Assembly: GCA_025057985.1 (NCBI GenBank) | Contig: JANXEV010000002.1 | Coordinates: 1,104-65,103 of the forward strand | DNA length: 64,000 nt | Origin: Candidatus Aenigmatarchaeota archaeon | GTDB lineage: Archaea; Aenigmatarchaeota; Aenigmatarchaeia; CG10238-14; SpSt-28 | Direction of reading: 5' to 3' | Position numbers and translations under genes: made by a program | Notes under the pieces: model-generated | What the model was told of the DNA's origin: nothing | The model's database searches: none | Seen by the model: only the letters and a program-made list of their open reading frames with translations | Part shown: piece by piece, positions 26,976 to 35,539 of the stretch | Layout of the letters: each line of letters opens with the position of its first letter | How positions within the stretch are numbered: the stretch's first letter is position 1

Positions 26976-27004
26976 TTACGAAGAAATTTAAATTTTTTTC
27001 GTAA
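26976..27004. promoter_or_regulatory. TATA-like AAATTTAAATTT flanked by the 7-bp inverted repeat TTACGAA / TTCGTAA
   Basis: TTACGAA (26976..26982) and TTCGTAA (26998..27004) bracket GAAATTTAAATTTTT. It lies 50-78 nt upstream of the 255-aa ORF start. Confidence 0.35.
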
Positions 27005-27164
27005 GAGTACTTGTCAGCCAGAAAAGTTTATCTTTAAACCAACCAAAACTTTAAACCATTCTATAAAAACTTTTCCATAAGATAGACATAAAATTCACAT
27101 CTTAGCGTTTTACAAATGAACTTTTATGGAAAATTATTTTTAATTCCAGATGATAAAAAAATAA

Positions 27165-28463
27165 ATGAAATTTTTCACGATGGACGATTTTGATTTCAGC
27201 GGAAAAACAGTTCTAGTTAGAGTAGACATAAATTCCCCATACGACACCAACTCCAAAAAACTTATAGACTCGCCGCGAATAAGAGCACACTCTAAAACCA
27301 TCTACGAGCTTCAATATAAGAAAGCGAAAGTGGTTGTTTTAGCACATCAGGGAAGAAAGGGAGATGAAGATTTTATAAATCTGGAAAAACATGCGGATCT
27401 TTTGAACAACTACTTGGATAAAAAAATAGAGTTCGTCGACGATATAGTTGGCGAGAAAGCTAAAAATAGAATAAAATCTTTGAAAAACGGGGAAGCGATA
27501 CTTTTAGACAATGTTAGGTTTTTAGACGATGAAACGAAAGAAAAAAGCATAGAAGAACATGCGAACTCGACTATAGTTAAAGAATTATCACCTCTATCCG
27601 ACTATTTTATTTTAGACGGTTTTTCAGCGGCGCACAGAGCTCATGCTAGTGTGGTTGGTTTCTCAACAGTCATACCATCTATAGCCGGTAGAGTGATGGA
27701 GAGAGAGTTAAATTCGGTGAGTAAAGCTTTCTTTTCTCTTGGCGAAAATTTCAAAATAATCGGAAATTTGTATATACATGACCTTCCGAGATTTCACCTT
27801 AAATGGGATACTTTCATCCTAGGCGGTGCAAAAGTAGACGATTGTTTAAAAGTTATGGAAAGAGTTTTGAGTGAAAAAAATGTAGAGTTGAAAAAAATTT
27901 TGTTGGGCGGATTGATCGGAAATCTCTTTTTACATGCTAGCGGTATAGACATAAACGAAGACAACAGAAAAGTTTTGGAGAAAACTGGCTACTTAGGTTT
28001 AGCTGAGAGAGCGAAAAAACTTTTAGAGAAAAACAGAAAACAAATTGTATTACCAGACGACGTTGCAATAGAAGAAAATGGAGAGAGAGTAGAATATGAT
28101 GTGGAAAACATTCCTTCTTCTGGCTTGATTTTGGATGTAGGTAAAAAAACTGTAGATAGGTTTAGGGAAATTCTCAGAGATTCGAAATATATAATAGTAA
28201 AAGGTCCTTTGGGAATGTATGAAAAATCTCCATTTGGGAAATCCACAAAAGAGATACTGGAAGAAATAGCAGAGTTAAAATCATTTAGTCTAATAGGAGG
28301 AGGAGACACGTCGACTGCTATAGAACTTTTCAACATACCAAAGGATAAATTTTCTTATATTAGTCTGGCTGGTGGAGCTTTGATAGATTACCTCTCTAAA
28401 GGAGAGTTACCAGGAATTAAAGCGCTAGAAATTTCTTATAAGAAGTTTTCTAAAAAAGAATGA
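27165..28463 (+). CDS. pgk: Phosphoglycerate kinase
   Basis: VLVRVDINSP, AHQGRKG, NVRF, GFSAAHRAHAS, ILGGAKVDD, and GGGDTS blocks. Confidence 0.92.
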   Translation: MKFFTMDDFDFSGKTVLVRVDINSPYDTNSKKLIDSPRIRAHSKTIYELQYKKAKVVVLAHQGRKGDEDFINLEKHADLLNNYLDKKIEFVDDIVGEKAKNRIKSLKNGEAILLDNVRFLDDETKEKSIEEHANSTIVKELSPLSDYFILDGFSAAHRAHASVVGFSTVIPSIAGRVMERELNSVSKAFFSLGENFKIIGNLYIHDLPRFHLKWDTFILGGAKVDDCLKVMERVLSEKNVELKKILLGGLIGNLFLHASGIDINEDNRKVLEKTGYLGLAERAKKLLEKNRKQIVLPDDVAIEENGERVEYDVENIPSSGLILDVGKKTVDRFREILRDSKYIIVKGPLGMYEKSPFGKSTKEILEEIAELKSFSLIGGGDTSTAIELFNIPKDKFSYISLAGGALIDYLSKGELPGIKALEISYKKFSKKE

Positions 28464-28483
28464 TAACCTTTGAAACAACTAAC

Positions 28484-29164
28484 TTATAGTTTCGGGAAGC
28501 TTCTATCGAATTCAAGAAAAACTTCCACGATTTTTTTCAAAAATAGTTCTTTGTTTTTAGAGAAAACGAAAGACGAAGAAATCAAAACACCATCACAACC
28601 AATCTCCAAAGCCTTCCTCACATCCTCCGCCGTAGAGATTCCAGCACCAGCCATCTTTACAATTTTGGATTTTTCAGCCAATTCTATGAATTTTCTTAAA
28701 ACTTCAGGCTTCTCTTTTGAAACAGCCCTACCACTTCCTATTAGCTCTGGCGGTTCATAACTCAAAGAATACGGCCCCATTTTTAAAATTTTTTTACTTT
28801 CGTCGAGATCGGAAGCCAGGGCAAAAATTTTAATCCCAAATTTTTCAGCCATTTTTACAATTCTTTCGATTTTGTTCAGTTCAACTTTTTTTTCCGAGTG
28901 ATTCAAAAGTGACCCAATGACTTTATGTTCTTTCAGAGAAAGTAAAGAAACACTTCCTGTGAATTTACCTTCCTCTACTTCGTCCACATGTTGAGCGATT
29001 ACAGGAAAGGAAAATTTTTCTACTATGGTCGGTATGTCTAAAAATTGAGGAGCCACAACGATTTCTATCTCACTTTTTTTATATACTCTTTCTATTTTTT
29101 CACAGATTTTAATAGCTTTTCTACCAAGAGCCTCTTTATAGGATTTGAAATTCAAAACTATCAT
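28484..29164 (-). CDS. tpiA: Triosephosphate isomerase (archaeal short type)
   Basis: MIVLNFKSY, LLNHSEKK, SYEPPELIGSG and AGAGIST motifs. 226 aa. Confidence 0.9.
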   Translation of the reverse strand: MIVLNFKSYKEALGRKAIKICEKIERVYKKSEIEIVVAPQFLDIPTIVEKFSFPVIAQHVDEVEEGKFTGSVSLLSLKEHKVIGSLLNHSEKKVELNKIERIVKMAEKFGIKIFALASDLDESKKILKMGPYSLSYEPPELIGSGRAVSKEKPEVLRKFIELAEKSKIVKMAGAGISTAEDVRKALEIGCDGVLISSSFVFSKNKELFLKKIVEVFLEFDRSFPKL

Positions 29165-29931
29165 TTATGGATTATCCTCCTTAAATCCATTAAAAGTTTT
29201 ATCGCGTCCTCATCTCTCCTTTCCCAAACATTTCTACCGACAACCACACCGCGAGCACCAACACTCATAACATCTTCAACAATCTTTAGAAATTCTTTTT
29301 CATCTTCTATCTTCGGACCACCAGCTACCAAAACTGGAACGAAACAATCTTTGACGACTTTTGAAAAACTTTCTTTATCGCCGGTGTAATATGTTTTAAC
29401 GACATCAAAACCTATTTCTGCACCAACTCTAGCAGCATACCTAACAGCAACCGGGTCATACTTTGATTTGAATTTAACACTTCTATGGTAAGCAAAACCA
29501 AATATCGGCATTCTAAATTTTTCAGCATCTTTCTTTATTTCAGAAAATCTAGCAAACATCCTATGTTCATCGTTCGAACCAAAGTAAACCGTAGCGGCAA
29601 TACCTACCGCACCTATTTTTTTCGCTTCTTCTACTTTTGTAACGATCTCTTGAATTTGTATGTCGTCTGAAGTCAAACTCGTTCTTGCCGTCAACTTTAC
29701 TATTACTGGAAGTTTAGGGTAAAGTTTTCTTACTATTTTGGCGGCTCCTATATGAAGTATAACTCCGTCAGCCCCGCCTTCATAGGCTATTCTTCCGATC
29801 CTCTCTGGATTTAGTTCAACGTTTTCATAATCTTGAGGACCATGCTCGACGGCATGATCAAAAGCTAGAATAATTGCTTTCCCATCTTTCAAAATTTTTT
29901 TCAGTTTTCTTTCCTTAGAATCAAATATCAT
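29161..29931 (-). CDS. fba: Class I fructose-bisphosphate aldolase, archaeal type (DhnA/FbaB family)
   Basis: ILAFDHAVEHGP, VKLTARTS (Schiff-base Lys region), and VLVAGGPK..GARGVVVGRNVW. 4-nt overlaps with both flanking genes. Confidence 0.8.
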   Translation of the reverse strand: MIFDSKERKLKKILKDGKAIILAFDHAVEHGPQDYENVELNPERIGRIAYEGGADGVILHIGAAKIVRKLYPKLPVIVKLTARTSLTSDDIQIQEIVTKVEEAKKIGAVGIAATVYFGSNDEHRMFARFSEIKKDAEKFRMPIFGFAYHRSVKFKSKYDPVAVRYAARVGAEIGFDVVKTYYTGDKESFSKVVKDCFVPVLVAGGPKIEDEKEFLKIVEDVMSVGARGVVVGRNVWERRDEDAIKLLMDLRRIIHK

Positions 29932-30863
29932 GAATTTTCCTCCATGAATTGTGTAACTTCTTTTTCATTCGGTATCTTCCTTTCAATACTGCTGATTCTC
30001 AAAGCAGCAGCGGCGTTGGCAAATTTGATCGAATACTCCAAATCATTCGTCAAATAGTATGAATGTATGAAAGCTCCGGTGAAAGTGTCGCCGGCACCAG
30101 TCGTATCTATGACCTCCACGTTGTATGCTTTAAAATTTTTTACCCTATCATCAAAAACATAACTACCATGTTTTCCAGCAGTGACTATCGGTATACCTTT
30201 ACACATCTTTTTTAATCTCTTGACAGAGAGTTCTATCTTGTTGGTTTTCGTAAGTTTGAAAGCTTCTTTTTTATTCATTATCACAAAATCAGATTCCTTG
30301 ATAAATTTTTTCAAATTATCCTCTTGATTTTCAACCATTGCTATGCTCGGATTGCAAAAGATTTTTAAACCAATCCTTTTACAAACTTCAATCGCACATT
30401 TTATAAAACCTATGTTTTGTTTGCTCGTCATGCTTGTGAATAAAAACAAGTCGTGGTTTCTAAACTCAGATTCCTTAAAATCATTTTCAGACAAGTGGTT
30501 GTTCGCACCTCTGTAGGTTATTATGGTTTTCTCTCCTTCATAAAGAAAAATTAGTGAAAAACCTGTCAAATCTTTACCAACGATCTTTACATTCTTACTT
30601 CTTATTTTTCTATTTCTCATAGCTTTCAGAATCATCTCCCCGTACGTATCTTTCCCAACAGCCCCAAAATAGTTGACTTTATTTCCAAAATTGGTTAATG
30701 TAGAAGAAACATTGTATCCAGATCCTCCAACTTCGACTAAAATTTTATCGACTTGAATTTTGTGGTCAAACGGAAAAGCAAAGAAATCTTTTATTGTCCT
30801 GAAGTGTTTGGAAGGATATATAGTTATATCGATCACAAGTGATCCTGTGACCACGGCTTTCAT
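29928..30863 (-). CDS. PfkB-family carbohydrate kinase (candidate ATP-dependent 6-phosphofructokinase)
   Basis: Ribokinase-fold motifs GGSGYNVS and VIDTTGAGDTFTGAF. The PFK assignment comes only from its position between GH57 and aldolase. Confidence 0.6.
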   Translation of the reverse strand: MKAVVTGSLVIDITIYPSKHFRTIKDFFAFPFDHKIQVDKILVEVGGSGYNVSSTLTNFGNKVNYFGAVGKDTYGEMILKAMRNRKIRSKNVKIVGKDLTGFSLIFLYEGEKTIITYRGANNHLSENDFKESEFRNHDLFLFTSMTSKQNIGFIKCAIEVCKRIGLKIFCNPSIAMVENQEDNLKKFIKESDFVIMNKKEAFKLTKTNKIELSVKRLKKMCKGIPIVTAGKHGSYVFDDRVKNFKAYNVEVIDTTGAGDTFTGAFIHSYYLTNDLEYSIKFANAAAALRISSIERKIPNEKEVTQFMEENS

Positions 30864-32122
30864 TGTTTTAATCCTCCGTTTAGTTTTTCCCTTTCTATTA
30901 GAAGCCTAGCTTTGAAATCTGAAATAATATTCATAAGGTTTGCAAAAGCTTCTTCTGGAGTCCCAAATATGCTGAAATACTTGTGGACGTCTCCGTCAGA
31001 CCACCACTTATTACAAACATAGTAATAATGATCACTTTGCTGCAACAGCCTCCATATTCTTATTAGATCAGGATTTCCAACTTCCTTCACAATCTTTTCT
31101 ATATTTTTAATTTCATTGAAAGCGATTTGTTGCATTCTATTACCTAGCCAAGCAGAAGTATCCCTTTCCATATCAGCCCAAGAGACAGTAGAAAATTCAA
31201 AAACATCTATTTCACCAACGGGCTGGTACCTTTCTATAACCTCGCTAGGCTTTAAAACCTCCAAATTAGGATCTCTTATTATCATGTAGGGAAGTGCTTT
31301 CAAGAACCAAAATATTCCGCTTTCTTGCGGTTGATGCTCACCAAAAGTTTCATAATCCATGAATATGTTTACGACTTGACCTGGAGTCGCGCTTAACCAA
31401 GCTGTGTATTTTTCTGCGGTCAAAGGCCATTGATCCCAATCTCTAGCAGAAAACCTATAACCGATATCATCGCTTAACCTATAATTTCTTAACAAAACTC
31501 TTAGTCTTTTTTGCGGTGGTGGATCGTCAGGAAAACAATACTTCCTAACGTAAACATAATTAGGGTTTCTCCATTCCAAAATTCTCTCAGCACCCTCTGT
31601 AAAAATTGCTTTAAACCCCAATTTTTCAACAATTTTGGCAATTCTGTTGTTGTATAACATTTCAGTATTAACGAAAACCTTTGGCTGGACATTGAAGTAA
31701 TCTTTTAGCATTTGTTTGTGAGCCTCTATTTGTTCTATAAACTCTTCTTCGTTTTCGTAAAGGCCGGCCAAAGAATGATAGTAAGTTTCTCCTAAAAATT
31801 CTACTTCTGGCTTTTCAGCAAGTTGTTTAAAAGTAGATAGAACATCCTTGTTGTATTTTTCTGCGCTTTCCACGAAAGTTCCAGTCAAACTAAAAGCTAC
31901 TTTGAATTTCTTTTTCTCATGCTTCAGATTATCTAATATTTCTAAAAGTATTCTGTTTGTCGGTAAATAACACTTGTTTGCTATTCTTTCGAAGATCCAT
32001 TTGTTTAAACCATGGTTAAAGTAGGTTTCGTATGGGTTAGAATTTTTCAAAAAACCATTGCTTTGAAAGTGTGAAATCCTAATCGGTTGATGAACTTCGA
32101 AACAGAATGTGACCGCTGGCAT
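30860..32122 (-). CDS. GH57 alpha-amylase / 4-alpha-glucanotransferase
   Basis: FEVHQPIR, EFLGETYYHS, VNTEMLYNN, MDYETFGEH, and QQSDHYYY correspond to the five GH57 conserved regions. Confidence 0.82.
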   Translation of the reverse strand: MPAVTFCFEVHQPIRISHFQSNGFLKNSNPYETYFNHGLNKWIFERIANKCYLPTNRILLEILDNLKHEKKKFKVAFSLTGTFVESAEKYNKDVLSTFKQLAEKPEVEFLGETYYHSLAGLYENEEEFIEQIEAHKQMLKDYFNVQPKVFVNTEMLYNNRIAKIVEKLGFKAIFTEGAERILEWRNPNYVYVRKYCFPDDPPPQKRLRVLLRNYRLSDDIGYRFSARDWDQWPLTAEKYTAWLSATPGQVVNIFMDYETFGEHQPQESGIFWFLKALPYMIIRDPNLEVLKPSEVIERYQPVGEIDVFEFSTVSWADMERDTSAWLGNRMQQIAFNEIKNIEKIVKEVGNPDLIRIWRLLQQSDHYYYVCNKWWSDGDVHKYFSIFGTPEEAFANLMNIISDFKARLLIEREKLNGGLKQ

Positions 32123-32151
32123 AAAATATTATTGTTTTGTTTAAAAATAAT

Positions 32152-32619
32152 TTAAGCGAAGTAGAGGATTAAAATTTCGTGGAGACCAAACCCAAGGTAG
32201 GAAAGTAAAGCGGCTTTGAAAAATTTACCAACAAAAGTTGCTACAAAAAACTTTTTCATGTCAAAACCACCAATCCCGGCCATTATCCCTATTATATCGA
32301 AAGGGAAGGGTAGAAACGCGAAAATCGTTATCGTTAGAACACCAAACTTCTTGAAAAATTTTTCAAACTTTTTTATTGTCTTCTTATATCTTTTGTACAA
32401 CAATTTTCCACCACCTCTTCCAATAAAATATCCCGTGTATTCCCCAATCGTCATTCCTAAGGCTGAAAGAATCGAGACTAAAAATGGGTTAAATCCTAAC
32501 GCAGAAGCTATCGTTATTATCGAATAAAGTGGGAAAGGTAGGAATATTGTGGACGTAGAGATCAAACTAACTAGGAAAATTCCAAGGTAGCCAAAAGTTT
32601 TAATTAGTTCGAAAAACAT
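32152..32619 (-). CDS. YqaA/DedA-like small membrane protein
   Basis: 155 aa with four TM segments. It has the PFPLYSII...LGMTIGEYTGYFIGRGG pattern of the VTT/DedA-related family. Confidence 0.6.
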   Translation of the reverse strand: MFFELIKTFGYLGIFLVSLISTSTIFLPFPLYSIITIASALGFNPFLVSILSALGMTIGEYTGYFIGRGGGKLLYKRYKKTIKKFEKFFKKFGVLTITIFAFLPFPFDIIGIMAGIGGFDMKKFFVATFVGKFFKAALLSYLGFGLHEILILYFA

Positions 32620-32624
32620 AGTCC

Positions 32625-33047
32625 CTATCCTATGTAGTTTTTACTTTCCTCCTTCTTTTTCACTATCATTGGGAATGGTAGCGGCGATGGCATTCTTAAC
32701 TCTTCTGAAATTAAAAGAGCCAAGGTTAAACATTTTTTAAAGAGAAAGTTTTTAACTTCTATATCCACATCCTGCGGTAATTTTTTTTCTTTCTCCCAAC
32801 TTTTAATCAACTCTTTGTTGTTTTTTCCAGAATAAAGCACACTCCCGTTTAGATATATCTTTCCGTTAGTTGGTTTGTACTCAATTTCAAATTTAAATTT
32901 TATATCCAAAACCTTTCTCTTTTCCCCAATGTCTATTTCTTTTTCCTCAACAGCTTCAATCTTCACAGTAGAATTTATATCGACCTTCCCCTCTATCTTT
33001 CCCCTTTCAGCTTCAATCTTCTCAAAAGTATAGCCGATTATCATCAT
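32625..33047 (-). CDS. Hypothetical protein (140 aa), possible SecB-like fold
   Basis: Alternating beta-like pattern, then a C-terminal helix CLTLALLISEELRMPSPLPFP reminiscent of the SecB NILFPYARE...FPQLNL segment. Weak resemblance only. Confidence 0.4.
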   Translation of the reverse strand: MMIIGYTFEKIEAERGKIEGKVDINSTVKIEAVEEKEIDIGEKRKVLDIKFKFEIEYKPTNGKIYLNGSVLYSGKNNKELIKSWEKEKKLPQDVDIEVKNFLFKKCLTLALLISEELRMPSPLPFPMIVKKKEESKNYIG

Positions 33048-33094
33048 TAATTTTAGACTTAGTAATATTTATAGCTGAATTTTTTAACTGTAGA

Positions 33095-33919
33095 ATGAAA
33101 GAAGCCGTAATAATTTCAGTCTTCTTTTTGTTGGTTGCTCTTTTCTCACTTTACTTAGGTGGTATAACACGTGAGGCTATGGAAAAAGGAATGATCGAGC
33201 CTGTGTTTGAATCACCTGACGACTACAGAAATGTGGTTTTTGTTTTTTTCTTAATAATTCTTGGAACTCTGTTGGTTTTGTTTTTCATAAAGGTTAAAAT
33301 CGAAATAGTGAAGATTTTGGAAAATATTAGTGTTTTTTTCTTAACAACAACAACCTTCTCCTACTTTCTTCCTTTCTTCCTTTCTCTCATCGTTTCTTCT
33401 TTCCTAGTGGTTCTTTCTGAGATAAGAAGAAGCTACTGGATAAAAAACTTTTTGTTATTTCTTTCAATACCGTCTGCCAGTGCGATTTTCGGTTCTTCAC
33501 TCGCGCCACAGGTGGTTTTCCTACTTTTCCTCGTTTTGTCTGTGTATGATTTGCTTTCCGTCTATTTTACCGGCCATATGGTTTACTTAGCTGAAAAATT
33601 GGTGAAAAAACCTACAGCTTTCATATCAGTATTTCCTGCTAGGAATGTTAGGAGGATTATTTTTAAGAAGGGTGGAAAAGGTGTGAAATTGAAAATTTTT
33701 GCTCTAGGAGCAGGGGACTATTTCCTACCCTCTTGTTTTGCCGTCTCTCTACTTTCTATCGGCCTAAAAACTTCTATTTTTGTTGTTTTAACTACCACAC
33801 TTTCCATTTTTATCATGTTTTATGTCTTGGGTAGGAGAGATTTTTCAAAACCACTACCAGCATTACCTTTTCTTCTTCTGTCTTCTATACTTGGTTTCGT
33901 TTTGTCTTTTTATCTCTAA
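33095..33919 (+). CDS. Presenilin / signal-peptide-peptidase homolog (A22 intramembrane aspartyl protease)
   Basis: Polytopic membrane protein with LSVYDLLSV (YD), FALGAGDYF (GxGD) and PLPALPF (PAL) motifs in the canonical order. Confidence 0.8.
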   Translation: MKEAVIISVFFLLVALFSLYLGGITREAMEKGMIEPVFESPDDYRNVVFVFFLIILGTLLVLFFIKVKIEIVKILENISVFFLTTTTFSYFLPFFLSLIVSSFLVVLSEIRRSYWIKNFLLFLSIPSASAIFGSSLAPQVVFLLFLVLSVYDLLSVYFTGHMVYLAEKLVKKPTAFISVFPARNVRRIIFKKGGKGVKLKIFALGAGDYFLPSCFAVSLLSIGLKTSIFVVLTTTLSIFIMFYVLGRRDFSKPLPALPFLLLSSILGFVLSFYL

Positions 33920-33958
33920 TCTAAAGGTTTATAAAACTAACTTACAAATTCTAAATAA

Positions 33959-34378
33959 ATGGTAGTCTGTTGCTTGTTCCGAATATTTGGGAAGGATAGA
34001 TCTAGGAGAATTCAAAAGTTAACGAATAGAATATATGAAAGTTTTAGTCTACCGCTTATATTTGCTTGCGGTCTACTTCTTAAATCTATTCTCTCTTTTG
34101 TTAGTTGGATTAGAGTCTTTTTAATATCTTGGGGTGTTATAGATGGTATCGTTTCCTATAAAATGTATAAGGAAGAAAAATTCTTTCCATACCAGTTCAT
34201 AAGATTCGGAAGAATAGCTGCGAACCTGAGCGGAGTGATCTCACCGATAATCCCATTTATCTGGAATATATCGGACGGAATTTACAGTCTGATAATATAT
34301 AGCAGAGCACATCCCACAGAACACTTATCGAGAGTAGGAAGAGTTACAAACGGTATAATGCATATCGCATTTTCTTAA
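33959..34378 (+). CDS. Hypothetical membrane protein (139 aa)
   Basis: Three to four hydrophobic segments. No motif recognised. Confidence 0.45.
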   Translation: MVVCCLFRIFGKDRSRRIQKLTNRIYESFSLPLIFACGLLLKSILSFVSWIRVFLISWGVIDGIVSYKMYKEEKFFPYQFIRFGRIAANLSGVISPIIPFIWNISDGIYSLIIYSRAHPTEHLSRVGRVTNGIMHIAFS

Positions 34379-34386
34379 AATCAGTA

Positions 34387-34398
34387 AAATTTAATTTT
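34387..34398 (+). promoter_or_regulatory. Candidate TATA element AAATTTAATTTT for tRNA-Gln
   Basis: Ends 26 nt upstream of the tRNA 5' end. Near-identical to the element upstream of tRNA-Asp. Confidence 0.4.
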
Positions 34399-34423
34399 CA
34401 AGAAGTTGATTAAAATATTGTAT

Positions 34424-34535
34424 AGCCCCGTCGTCTAGCGGCCAAGGATACCGGGCTTTGGTCTCTTCGACTAAAGCTTCGACAAGAAGATGGGAAAGAA
34501 ACCCGGGGACGGCGGTTCGAATCCGCCCGGGGCTA
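34424..34535 (+). tRNA. tRNA-Gln (anticodon UUG) with a 39-nt intron at 37/38
   Basis: Acceptor AGCCCCG/CGGGGCT, anticodon stem CCGGG/CCCGG with loop CTTTGG..A, intron 34462..34500, T arm GGCGG-TTCGAAT-CCGCC. The mature length is 73 nt. Confidence 0.9.
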
Positions 34536-34640
34536 AAAACCAAAAATAGGAGTTGAATCTTTATTTTATCGAATTTTTCTAAAAGACAGATAAACGAGCT
34601 TAAGAACTTGTTAAATCAAAGTTTAAACAAAAGATAAACT

Positions 34641-35180
34641 TTAACTAAAAACAAAAAGCCTATGTCTATCTTCGTTCTTAATCTCCGAAATTATCCTTTT
34701 CACAACCATCTTTTTAGGATCCGGTATCATCTCAACCCTTTTTTTCAAATCTTCAAAACTCTCGAAGGGTTTGTTTTTTCTTTCTTGCAACAAACTGAAA
34801 AGATGTTTTTTACCTATTCCTGGTAAAAGTTCCAAGGAATGCATCCTTGTGCTTAAAGGTGGAGCCATATTGATAATGTTAACAAATCTTTTCTCATCTT
34901 TTTCAACGATTTCAGCGACTACACCTTCCAAATTATCCTTCGCAAGGCTAGTCAACTCATCGTAAGTTATCCTCCTCTTTATATATTCTACAACATCTCT
35001 CTTACCTTCTCCTATGTAAATTCTATCTTTCGGTTTTACTGCAACACCTTTTTTTATCACAACTTCCAATAAAGAAAAATATTTTTCACCTATACCTTGT
35101 GCCAAAGGTTCAACTTTTTTGTCGGTAGCTTTTCCCATTGGAAGAAAATCTAATACTATTAAATATTCGTCTTTCGGCAC
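34641..35180 (-). CDS. DUF655-family (COG1491) OB-fold plus helix-hairpin-helix nucleic-acid-binding protein
   Basis: EYLIVLDFLPMGK...PLAQGIGEKYFSLLEV... and C-terminal LELLPGIGKK..FESFEDLKKRV. It is adjacent to rpoF, as usual in archaea. Confidence 0.75.
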   Translation of the reverse strand: MPKDEYLIVLDFLPMGKATDKKVEPLAQGIGEKYFSLLEVVIKKGVAVKPKDRIYIGEGKRDVVEYIKRRITYDELTSLAKDNLEGVVAEIVEKDEKRFVNIINMAPPLSTRMHSLELLPGIGKKHLFSLLQERKNKPFESFEDLKKRVEMIPDPKKMVVKRIISEIKNEDRHRLFVFS

Positions 35181-35194
35181 AGAAAATCACCACC

Positions 35195-35515
35195 TTAGCC
35201 AAACTTTTTAACGATTTCAATTATTTTATTTATCTCACTTTCTTCAAAGTTTGTATAACTTTTGTAAAGTATTGTTTTTAGTTCGTCCTTGGTTTTAGGT
35301 AAGAAATTGCAAATTTCTACTATTTGACTTTCACTCAACTTATTTATCCCTCTCAACTCTTCTTTCATTTTCTTGATATCCTCAACAGATAGCGTAGAAA
35401 ACTTTCTAACATGTTCCAAAGCATTAACGATTTCGTATCTTTTTTCGTCTTTCTTTTTTTCCAATATTTCTTTCGCTTCCGAAAACGTTATTGGTTCTTC
35501 TTTAACTACTTCCAT
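35195..35515 (-). CDS. rpoF: DNA-directed RNA polymerase subunit F (Rpo4)
   Basis: 106 aa. ITFSEAKEILEKK...ALEHVRKFS...ICNFLPKTKDELKTIL pattern of archaeal RpoF. Conserved L21e-RpoF-DUF655 neighbourhood. Confidence 0.8.
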   Translation of the reverse strand: MEVVKEEPITFSEAKEILEKKKDEKRYEIVNALEHVRKFSTLSVEDIKKMKEELRGINKLSESQIVEICNFLPKTKDELKTILYKSYTNFEESEINKIIEIVKKFG

Positions 35516-35539
35516 TAAAAGATAATGTTTTTATTATTT

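Noticed and set aside
27032-27058. 10-bp direct repeat CTTTAAACCA x2 (27032..27041 and 27049..27058) in the orphan/pgk intergenic region
   Set aside because: It is short and A/T-rich in an A/T-rich spacer. There is no third copy, no matching motif at the other glycolytic promoters I inspected, and no TATCAC-N5-GTGATA type glycolytic motif. Insufficient evidence for a regulatory call.
27720-27800. Apparent insertion of about 20 aa (GENFKIIGNLYIHDLPRFHLKWD) in PGK just before the ILGGAKVDD block
   Set aside because: The reading frame is intact and the flanking motifs are normal. Without an alignment I cannot tell a lineage-specific loop from normal family variation.
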